Positions 17,951-25,937 of a stretch of 59,586 nt of DNA are shown one piece after another. Origin of the DNA: Candidatus Chloroploca sp. Khr17 (GTDB lineage Bacteria > Chloroflexota > Chloroflexia > Chloroflexales > Chloroflexaceae); the NCBI RefSeq assembly GCF_004138165.1, contig NZ_RYFF01000020.1, forward strand, positions 33,982-93,567. The letters run 5' to 3'. The notes beneath the pieces are model-generated. The model saw nothing but the letters and a program-made list of their open reading frames with translations. It ran no database searches and was not told the DNA's origin. The position numbers and the translations under genes are program-made. Each line of letters starts with the position of its first letter. Positions within the stretch are counted from its first letter, which is position 1.

Positions 17951-20134
17951 ATGGGAAGGGAGCAACCCCGTCGGTTCTCTGGTCGCACGTCGGGTCGTTT
18001 GATCGGGTTATGGCTGCTTGTGGTGCTGCTTGGGGGCGCGTTGGCCTTGCCCTCGCTCTTGGCTGCAGCGTCACGTCAGGCGAGTCTCGCCAGTTGTGCC
18101 CAGGTTCCCGTGGTCGAAGCGGGTACCGAGTTGGCGCAGTCTTTCGCCCAGACGGCCTCAGGGGCAGCCTGGGTTCGTTTGATGGTCGAACAGGATCAGC
18201 GCTATCGGCTCGAGGTGAGTGAGGCTGCCGCGCTGCAACTGAGTCTCTATGACCATTGTAGCCGTGGTGGCGCATCGTTTGCATTATCGAATGGCACGCT
18301 TGAGTTTACCGCGCTGCGTGATGGACCACTCTTTTTGCTTGCCGAGCGCAACGGGCGTGCTGTGGCGAGTGAGGCGAGTTTTGCCGTCAGTCTGGCCCCC
18401 GCCGCGCCGCATCGCCCGAACCTCGCCCAGAGTCAAGAGGTGCCCGAGGCGGTGCAACGCCGGGCGATTGAGTTTCTCGAAGAGTTGCGCGGCAGCGACC
18501 TTGCCCCGGAATGGGTCGAGGCTCGCCTGAGCCGCGATGTGCGCATCATCTATCGCCCTGATCTGCAAACTCCAGCCTATTACGAATTTAGTGTTGAAAA
18601 ACCAGGGCCAAATGGCTATGATCCGGCTGGGTTTATTCAGCTTGCCGCCGGCGAGCATGATTATCCGGTAGCGCACTGGGATGTCTCGGGCATGTCGCCG
18701 ACCCAGGAGTTGGCCGAAATTGCGCCGCTCGGGGCGAGACTGACCGAGTTTTACAAGCTCGATGCGCTCTCGTATGCCTCGGAGTATGAAGCGATCACGC
18801 CGGTGGGGATCAGCGCCGTGGTCGATGATGTCGTGAACCTTGGCGATCTGCCGCAACGCATTCCGGGTCTGAGCGATCTGCCGCAGGAAGAAGCCGAACT
18901 GGTGACCGAAGGCGTCGACTCGGAGGGCAATGTGGAGCGTGAAGGCCCCGAAGAATTGCCGCTGAGCGAACAGGAAGAGTGGCCTTCATGGGAAGCGTTG
19001 AAGAAGGAGTATGAGACCGCCTACGCACCGTTGCTTGCCGCCCAGACGCAACGGGTCGAAGAGACCTGGAAACTGGATCAGAACCTGCGCACCAACGGCG
19101 AGACGTTGATTCGTGGGGATCTCCGTGAGGTCTTTGGTTTGCCGAATCAGCCGATTACCGCGATCAATGTGACGGGCGACGGTACCACAGCGCAGTATCT
19201 CCAGCAGGAGCAACTGACCGAAGAGACGCAGTTGCGCGGTGTTCGGCTGGTGGTGCTTGATGAGCCCACCGATCCCGCAACGCTGCTGCCGGTCAATGTT
19301 GAAATTACTTATGGAAGCGGTCTTTCCGAGACAGTCAAGTATGCGATTGCCAACAGTCAGGCCCTTGGTCTGACGGGAAGCAATGTCGTCTATTTGCCGG
19401 TCGTCACGCAGGGTGGTGCTGGTACCGCTGAAGTTGCGCTGAGCCAGACCGGGGCAGAGCTCAACGGATGGGGCCCGTGGCAATACTGGTGGGCCGACGG
19501 CAATGCTGGCGGCATTCGCTACGGCCAGTTTACTACCGGCGGTTGTGCCAGCGGCTGTGGTGCCACGGCCTGGTCGATCCTCTTTGCTTGGGTTGACCGA
19601 CGGGCAGCCGAGAATCACCCGCTCTGGCGCAATCACTGGGGGCTCTACCGCGAAAATGGTGGCCTCGGCAGCAATGCTGTTGCACCGTTGAGCCAGGATA
19701 CCGGTGTGCGCAATATGACGAGCGAGATCCGTGGGCAGATAGGCACCTTCTGTATTGCCGGCAGTGGGGCGACCTGGCCGTGGCGGATGATTGATGCGTC
19801 CAAGTATGTGCGGCCACGGGCAAGCACCTCGTGGCGCATGAATACGCGCTATGATCCGACGGGGCTCTGCTGGTTTGGGGCATGTGACCGCAACCGCAAC
19901 CTTGCCCGTGATCAGATCATCAATCGGCGTGCGCCAGCCGTGGTTGGGACCGGCTGGTTGCAACATTACCCGGTCGCCTATGGCTACGCCCAGCGCCGCA
20001 AGCGCTCATGCTTCCTCTTTATCTGCAATACGAGCTATCAGCGTAGCTTCTATGTCAACAACGGCTGGTATGGCAACAATAACGGCTGGACAAGTGCCGA
20101 TGTCTGGTTTGCTGGGGTCTATAATAATCCGTGA
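17951..20134 (+). CDS. Secreted protein with a C-terminal papain-fold, streptopain (C10)-like cysteine peptidase domain (tentative).
   Basis: Start at ATG 17951 gives a signal/anchor 'LIGLWLLVVLLGGALALPSLLAAAS'. 'GCGATAWSILFAW' (Cys at ~19556) resembles the C10 catalytic 'GCVATA' motif. 'WLQHYPVAYGY' is the candidate catalytic His. 'NNGWYGNNNGW' resembles the C10 'NWGWGG' segment. The protein contains an internal 'VVYLPVVT'. Confidence 0.5.
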   Translation: MGREQPRRFSGRTSGRLIGLWLLVVLLGGALALPSLLAAASRQASLASCAQVPVVEAGTELAQSFAQTASGAAWVRLMVEQDQRYRLEVSEAAALQLSLYDHCSRGGASFALSNGTLEFTALRDGPLFLLAERNGRAVASEASFAVSLAPAAPHRPNLAQSQEVPEAVQRRAIEFLEELRGSDLAPEWVEARLSRDVRIIYRPDLQTPAYYEFSVEKPGPNGYDPAGFIQLAAGEHDYPVAHWDVSGMSPTQELAEIAPLGARLTEFYKLDALSYASEYEAITPVGISAVVDDVVNLGDLPQRIPGLSDLPQEEAELVTEGVDSEGNVEREGPEELPLSEQEEWPSWEALKKEYETAYAPLLAAQTQRVEETWKLDQNLRTNGETLIRGDLREVFGLPNQPITAINVTGDGTTAQYLQQEQLTEETQLRGVRLVVLDEPTDPATLLPVNVEITYGSGLSETVKYAIANSQALGLTGSNVVYLPVVTQGGAGTAEVALSQTGAELNGWGPWQYWWADGNAGGIRYGQFTTGGCASGCGATAWSILFAWVDRRAAENHPLWRNHWGLYRENGGLGSNAVAPLSQDTGVRNMTSEIRGQIGTFCIAGSGATWPWRMIDASKYVRPRASTSWRMNTRYDPTGLCWFGACDRNRNLARDQIINRRAPAVVGTGWLQHYPVAYGYAQRRKRSCFLFICNTSYQRSFYVNNGWYGNNNGWTSADVWFAGVYNNP

Positions 20135-20207
20135 GACAAGGGGGCCATAGGCCCCCTTGTCTCACGTTCAGCCTTCGGCTAGGGAGGTGGGGGCCTACGG
20201 CCCCCAC
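20131..20207 (+). terminator. Two consecutive GC hairpins. The first overlaps the stop codon of the 17951-20134 gene.
   Basis: 'gtgagacaagggggcc ata ggcccccttgtctcac' (20131-20165) and 'gtgggggcc tac ggcccccac' (20187-20207). Confidence 0.55.
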
Positions 20208-20240
20208 GCCCTGCTGGGATAGCGCAGGAGAAGCAGCATC

Positions 20241-23200
20241 ATGACACGGATGACCTCGTATGCGCTTGGGATCACGATGGTGGGCTTGATCGGCCTGCTG
20301 GTAAGCCTGGGAACCGCACTTGGGGCGGCATCGAGTCGTAGCGGGACTCAAGCCTTTGCGCTAGCCTCAGGTATACGAGCGCCCCTCTCTCCTGCCCCTA
20401 TCGGGACGCCCATCGCTGTATCGCACGGTGTGGCGGATACGACGTTGCCGGATCTGGTGATTACGGCGCTTAATCTGACGCCATCCGACCCTGGCGAGGG
20501 AGGTACTGCCGATATTGAGGTGGTGGTCAAAAATCAGGGCACCGCCGCAACGTCGGGCCGCTTCACTATCTATCTCTATGTTGAACCGACCGATGAACCG
20601 CCAACTGAGCAGACTGAGTATACGACCTTTGCTGGCTATGCGCTGACGTTGCCCCCCGGGGGGACGTTTAGCTTTACCCGGTTTGACCAGCAATTTACGC
20701 GCACACCGCCGACGGTCTATGCCTGGGTTGATCCGCCATGGGAAAATTTCATTACCGAGTTAAATGAAGCAAATAATCTCTTTCCACAGGTTGCTACTGG
20801 GGTTGATACCTTTGAAGATGATGATACGTGTGTTCAGGCGAAACCCATTCTAACCGATGGGACGCCACAGAGTCGCAATTTCTTTCCGAATTCGGGGCGT
20901 GAACGTGATGTTGATTGGGTGACGTTCAATGCGGTCGGTGGTGTCACCTATGCGGTCGAAGCGAGTCCGACCGGCGTTGATGCTGATCCAATTATTGAAC
21001 TCTACAGTACCTGTACAGGGGCACCGAGTTTTAGCAATAAAGTCATTACCGAATTCACTGCCCCTGCCGATGGCCCGATCTTTTTGCGGGTTCTTAATAA
21101 CAAGACCGACGCTGGGCCTGATCATCCTTACACGCTTCAGGTAACGAACGATAGCGCCTGCCCGAATTATTTCGAGCCAAATAATAGTGCCGCTACCGCT
21201 GGCGATTTGCCGCTTGCGACCGTGCAAACTCACAGCTTTTGCAAGCCTGCCGATCACGACTGGGTACGCCTGGCGGTTGAGGCGGGGGCCAGTTATCGTG
21301 TGGTTGCGACGAACGTCGGGCCACGAGCGAACGCGATCCTTGAACTCTATCGTACGCTTGAGGCGGCAACGAGTGCGGCAAGCGGGGCTACCATCGAGTT
21401 TATTGCGGCAGAAACCGGCCATGTCTATCTCAAAGCGGCCCAGGTTGAGCCTGAGGTTGCTGGTAGTGGCACTGAATATACCCTGCGCGCCGAGCGTCTG
21501 AGTGCCTCGGGGTGTACGCCGGATAGCTTTGAAGATGACGATACGCTTGAACAGGCCGGTTCAATTGCGGCTGATGGAACCACCCAGACGCGCAATGTCT
21601 GCCCTGAAGGCGATCTGGATTGGATCAGTTTTACGGCCAATGCGGGAACGACCTATACCATCGAGACGCTGAATCTGGGTGAAGCGGCTGATACCGTGAT
21701 GTGTCTGCATACCAGCACTGGTGAACAGATCGCGTGTGATGATGATGGCGGCACCGGCAAAGCCTCGCGCCTGAGCTTTGAACCGCCCGTGAATGGCAGC
21801 TATCTGTTGCAGATCAAGGATTTCTCGCCAACTGTTGCGGGTGATCTGACCAACTACGATCTCAAGGTGACACAACGCATTTGTCAGCCCGATGTCTTTG
21901 AGGATGATAATAGCCGTGATAGTGCGCGGGTCGTTGTTGTTGGAAGCGCAGCAACCAACCGCAACTTCTGCCCGGCAGGTGATGAAGACTGGATCGCCTT
22001 TGTCGCTGACGAAGGCAAAAATTATCTGGTCGATGCGATTGCGCTCGGTGCCGAAGCCGATACGCTCGTTGAGTTGTACGACGCCAACCAGGTCTTGCTC
22101 GCGCTCAATGACGATTTTACCCCCGGTACCAGTTCGCAGGTGAGTCTGGCCGAGGCTCGTGCAGGCAACTATTTTGTCCGGGTACGCCAGTATAATCCGA
22201 GCTACCAGGGCATCGGCACCGAATATTCGTTGCGTGTCCGCGAAGGTACTGCGGTACCTCCGCCGACGCCTTCCCCTGGCCCAACCCAGGGACCCTCGCA
22301 ACCCCCAGGGGAGACCGACGTGCGGACGTTGATCCTCTTCAACGAGACGCGTTTTGGGCAGATCCATAGTGTCGTCGAGGCCACTGAAGTTTTGACGCGC
22401 CTTCAGGCTTTAGCGCAACATCCGCAGGTGAGCGGCGAGCTTGTTTTGCTTGACGATAATGCCCAGGTTCAGGCTGCTTATGCCGCCTGGACGGCCGATC
22501 TTGGCAATGTCGAAAAAGCGAATCAGGTGACGGCCGCCATTCGTGCGGTTGTTCTGACCTATCAGCAACAGCGGAGTGGCCTCGCATATCTGGTGCTGGT
22601 TGGCGATGATCGGGCGCTTCCGATGCGGCGCATCTTCGATACCACCCCACGCTCATCAGAACGAACCTATCCGCATGTCAGTACGAACAATCCCGCCGGA
22701 GTGGCCCTCAAGGAGAACCACTATCTCACCGACGACTACTTTTCAGATCGCGAGCCAGCCGAGGTTAACGGGCGCGAGCTCTTCATCCCTGATCTCGCCA
22801 CCGGACGCCTAGTTGAAACGCCTGCCGAGATCATCGCTCAGCTCGACGCCTTTCTCGCACGCCAGCGCACCACAGTGACCAATACCTTGATCACTGGTTA
22901 CGATTTTGTGCAGGATCTTGCCGCGGCCGATTGCGACGACTGGCGAGCCGATCTGGGCATTCCCCGCATTGATTGCACGCTGATCGGCGATACCTGGACG
23001 GGCGATCAACTGCGTGCGTTGCAACCACGCACAACGTCGCCGTTTAATATTCAAATCTTCAATGGTCACGGAACCCACTATGCCCACGGGGTACCGGTGG
23101 GCAATGCGTTGCGCGCCAACGAGGTTGCCGAGGGCACCGCCGATCTACGTGGTGGCCTGATCTATTCGCCCGCCTGTCATGCTGGACTCAATTTGCCCCC

Positions 23201-24395
23201 GGCCAATGAAACGAACCCGCTTGATCTGCCGCAGGCCTTTGCCGGTCGCGGGGCCAGTTATATTGGCAATACCGGCTATGGCTGGGGTATGCGCAGTGCC
23301 GTCGGTCTCTCGGAACGCATGATCCGGCTCTATACGCAAGAACTGCTCAAAGGCACGCGGGCGAGCATGGGCCAGGCGCTGGCGACAGCAAAAAGCCTCT
23401 ATTTTCAGCAGGGCCAGTCTTTTTCCAGTTATGACGAAAAGGTGATGCAGCAACTGGTCTTTTATGGCTTGCCGATGTATGAAATCGAGACCGGGGCGGT
23501 GCTCTCGGGCCCGGGCAATGAATTCCCCGGGGTCGGGTTCACCCCGATCCTGCCGGGTGGCGGCGCCGCACTGATGAGCAATGGCTCAGTCTTGACCGGC
23601 TCGGTGGCGATTGACTTTCGCAACGCCGAGAATCTTGCGCTGTCAGAGACCGACGATGGCGGCTATTATGCGTTGAATGGTTCGGTGCAGACGGTACCGG
23701 GCTTGCCAGTGCAGCCGTTGCACTTTGGCAACGTGACGGCCCCCAACCTGGAGGCTCGCGGAGTCTTGTTGCTCGAGGCGACCTATCAGGAAGCCGAGCC
23801 GTTCGATCCGCTCATTGCGGCCCCCTTCAACGAATATCAACCCGATAATGAGCCTGGCGAGCTGGCCCAGGCCCGTGGGCTCTTCCCGCTTGTCCCAGTC
23901 TCGATCCAGCGCCATAACCAAACGTCGAGCCTGGTAACGCAACTTGGCCAGTATGATGCGGATCTGGGATCTTTGCGCCTGCTGAACGACGTCAATGCCG
24001 AAATCTACTACAGCCTCTCAGAGGAGCAGTTTTCACGCGAAACGACCGTCATTGACGGCATTACCCGTGTTGGCACTCCTCAGGTCGAAATTAAAGTTGG
24101 TACTGTTGAAGTTGCCGGGATCGAACGAGTTGTCTTGTCGTATATTCAAGACATCAACCAGGCCGCCCGCCAACTGCAATCAATGGATCTCACCTACGAT
24201 CCACGCTCACAAAAATGGGTTGGCTCGTTCCAGGGTGACACCAACTCGCGCTATCTCGTTCAGATCGTTGACAAGGCGGGCAAGATCACCGTTGCCGCCA
24301 ACAAAGGCCAGTATTACACTCCGGGCCTCGTGACTGCCGCACCGGATACGTCGTGTACCGGCCGTTGTGTGTTCCTCCCGCTGGTGAGTCGTTGA
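20241..24395 (+). CDS. Giant secreted clan-CD, gingipain (C25)-like cysteine peptidase with a CARDB-like domain and about five PPC-type domains.
   Basis: SD 'aggaga'. 'LPDLVITALNLTPSDPGEGGTADIEVVVKNQG' is CARDB-like. A repeated 'FEDDDT/N...DxDW(V/I)xF' module occurs five times. His 'FNGHGTHY' (~23064) and Cys 'SPACHAG' (~23175) form a His/Cys dyad in C25 order. Ends ...CVFLPLVSR*. Confidence 0.7.
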   Translation: MTRMTSYALGITMVGLIGLLVSLGTALGAASSRSGTQAFALASGIRAPLSPAPIGTPIAVSHGVADTTLPDLVITALNLTPSDPGEGGTADIEVVVKNQGTAATSGRFTIYLYVEPTDEPPTEQTEYTTFAGYALTLPPGGTFSFTRFDQQFTRTPPTVYAWVDPPWENFITELNEANNLFPQVATGVDTFEDDDTCVQAKPILTDGTPQSRNFFPNSGRERDVDWVTFNAVGGVTYAVEASPTGVDADPIIELYSTCTGAPSFSNKVITEFTAPADGPIFLRVLNNKTDAGPDHPYTLQVTNDSACPNYFEPNNSAATAGDLPLATVQTHSFCKPADHDWVRLAVEAGASYRVVATNVGPRANAILELYRTLEAATSAASGATIEFIAAETGHVYLKAAQVEPEVAGSGTEYTLRAERLSASGCTPDSFEDDDTLEQAGSIAADGTTQTRNVCPEGDLDWISFTANAGTTYTIETLNLGEAADTVMCLHTSTGEQIACDDDGGTGKASRLSFEPPVNGSYLLQIKDFSPTVAGDLTNYDLKVTQRICQPDVFEDDNSRDSARVVVVGSAATNRNFCPAGDEDWIAFVADEGKNYLVDAIALGAEADTLVELYDANQVLLALNDDFTPGTSSQVSLAEARAGNYFVRVRQYNPSYQGIGTEYSLRVREGTAVPPPTPSPGPTQGPSQPPGETDVRTLILFNETRFGQIHSVVEATEVLTRLQALAQHPQVSGELVLLDDNAQVQAAYAAWTADLGNVEKANQVTAAIRAVVLTYQQQRSGLAYLVLVGDDRALPMRRIFDTTPRSSERTYPHVSTNNPAGVALKENHYLTDDYFSDREPAEVNGRELFIPDLATGRLVETPAEIIAQLDAFLARQRTTVTNTLITGYDFVQDLAAADCDDWRADLGIPRIDCTLIGDTWTGDQLRALQPRTTSPFNIQIFNGHGTHYAHGVPVGNALRANEVAEGTADLRGGLIYSPACHAGLNLPPANETNPLDLPQAFAGRGASYIGNTGYGWGMRSAVGLSERMIRLYTQELLKGTRASMGQALATAKSLYFQQGQSFSSYDEKVMQQLVFYGLPMYEIETGAVLSGPGNEFPGVGFTPILPGGGAALMSNGSVLTGSVAIDFRNAENLALSETDDGGYYALNGSVQTVPGLPVQPLHFGNVTAPNLEARGVLLLEATYQEAEPFDPLIAAPFNEYQPDNEPGELAQARGLFPLVPVSIQRHNQTSSLVTQLGQYDADLGSLRLLNDVNAEIYYSLSEEQFSRETTVIDGITRVGTPQVEIKVGTVEVAGIERVVLSYIQDINQAARQLQSMDLTYDPRSQKWVGSFQGDTNSRYLVQIVDKAGKITVAANKGQYYTPGLVTAAPDTSCTGRCVFLPLVSR

Positions 24396-24424
24396 CCTAA
24401 GCTTTGTGACAAAGGGTGACTGTT

Positions 24425-25918
24425 ATGCGTATGTTATTCACGGCCGTGCTGGTCTTTGCCGTCGTTGTGCTCGTTGCGACGACGCGCTATCCAGCCGAAG
24501 CTCAGGGAACCTTGAGCGCCAGTACCAGTTTCAACTACCAGGGTGTGCTGACGACTGATGGAGCACCAGCCAGTGGAAGCTTCGATCTGCGCTTCATTCT
24601 CTACACTGCTGCCACCGGCGGCTCGCAAGTTGGTGCGAGTCTTTTGCGCGAGGATGTCACGGTCAACCGTGGGCTCTTTGTGGTAGCGCTTGATTTTGGA
24701 GATGTCTTTGATGGCGACCCGCGTTTTCTCGAAATTGCGGTGCGCCAGGGTGGTTCCACGGGTGAGTTTACGATCCTTTCGCCCCGCCAGGAACTGACCA
24801 GCGTGCCGATGGCGATCTTTAGCCAGAATAGCGTCAACAGCCAGAATAGCGTCAACAGCCAGAATAGTGTCACGAGCGAAAGCACCAATGCTTTGCGTGA
24901 GCAACCCATCGCCGAGACTGCGCCAACCAGCGGCCAGGTCTTGAAGTGGAACGGGACAGCCTGGTCACCGGCGGCTGACAATAATACAACCTACAGCGCT
25001 AGTACCGGGTTATCGCTTGCAGGCACCACCTTTAGTGTCAACTTTGGTGGCAATGGCAGCTCGAGCCTCATAGCCCGGGCGGATCACACCCATCTTGGCT
25101 CATTGTGGCGCGGTGATGTTGGGTTCACCGCGCTGTGGGTCGAAAACCAGTCGACGGTGAGTGGCGCTTCGGGGGTGGTCGGCATCAGTGTCGCGGCGAA
25201 CGGCTTGAGTGGGCGGAGCACGTCGGGCAACGGCGTGAATGCGGTCAGCACGTCGGGGAATGGGGTGAATGCCAGCAGTTCCACAGGTACCGGTGTGCGT
25301 GGCGTCAGTTCGGCTGACAATAGCGTCGGGGTCTGGGGTCGCAATAGTTCCGGGGGATGGGGTGGCTATTTCGAGGGTCGTGTCACCGTGGTGGGCACCT
25401 TGAGCAAGTCGGGCGGCTCGTTCTTGATTGATCATCCGCTCGATCCGGCCAATCGCTATTTGAGTCACTCGTTTGTCGAGTCGCCCGATATGATGAATGT
25501 CTACAATGGCAATGTCGTGCTTGATGCCAACGGACGCGCCGAGGTCACGTTGCCCGACTATTTCGAGGCGCTCAATATCGAGTACCGCTATCAGTTGACG
25601 CCGATTGGCGGCGCGGCCCCCAATCTGCATATTGCCGAAGAGATCGTTGACAACCACTTTGTGATTGCCGGGGGTTCAGCGGGGCTCAAGGTCTCGTGGC
25701 AGGTGACGGGCATTCGCAATGACCCGTGGGCACGCGACAACCGGATCATTGTTGAGCAGGAAAAGATCCCGGCCGAACAGGGCACCTTCCTCTATCCAGG
25801 GGCGAATCCTGACGTGACAGTACAGCCGCAAACAACGCCTGGCGAGCCAGGGCCAATGGTCCCGGCTTCATCTGGTACGACGGTAGATGTCCCTGCGCCT
25901 GCTGATGTGTCCCGCTAG
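24425..25918 (+). CDS. Secreted tail-fibre-like / repetitive adhesin-like protein with a conserved C-terminal 'IDHPLDP' domain.
   Basis: N-terminal TM/signal sequence. 'FNYQGVLTTDGAPASGSFDLRFILY' and 'GQVLKWNGTAWSPAAD' are motifs I associate with tail-fibre-domain proteins. Gly/Ser/Asn-rich repeats 'TSGNGVNAVSTSGNGVNAS'. C-terminus 'GGSFLIDHPLDPANRYLSHSFVESPDMMNVYNG'. The start is ambiguous (GTG 24416, ATG 24425 or ATG 24431). Confidence 0.6.
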   Translation: MRMLFTAVLVFAVVVLVATTRYPAEAQGTLSASTSFNYQGVLTTDGAPASGSFDLRFILYTAATGGSQVGASLLREDVTVNRGLFVVALDFGDVFDGDPRFLEIAVRQGGSTGEFTILSPRQELTSVPMAIFSQNSVNSQNSVNSQNSVTSESTNALREQPIAETAPTSGQVLKWNGTAWSPAADNNTTYSASTGLSLAGTTFSVNFGGNGSSSLIARADHTHLGSLWRGDVGFTALWVENQSTVSGASGVVGISVAANGLSGRSTSGNGVNAVSTSGNGVNASSSTGTGVRGVSSADNSVGVWGRNSSGGWGGYFEGRVTVVGTLSKSGGSFLIDHPLDPANRYLSHSFVESPDMMNVYNGNVVLDANGRAEVTLPDYFEALNIEYRYQLTPIGGAAPNLHIAEEIVDNHFVIAGGSAGLKVSWQVTGIRNDPWARDNRIIVEQEKIPAEQGTFLYPGANPDVTVQPQTTPGEPGPMVPASSGTTVDVPAPADVSR

Positions 25919-25937
25919 CGATGGAAAGGCAAGCCTC

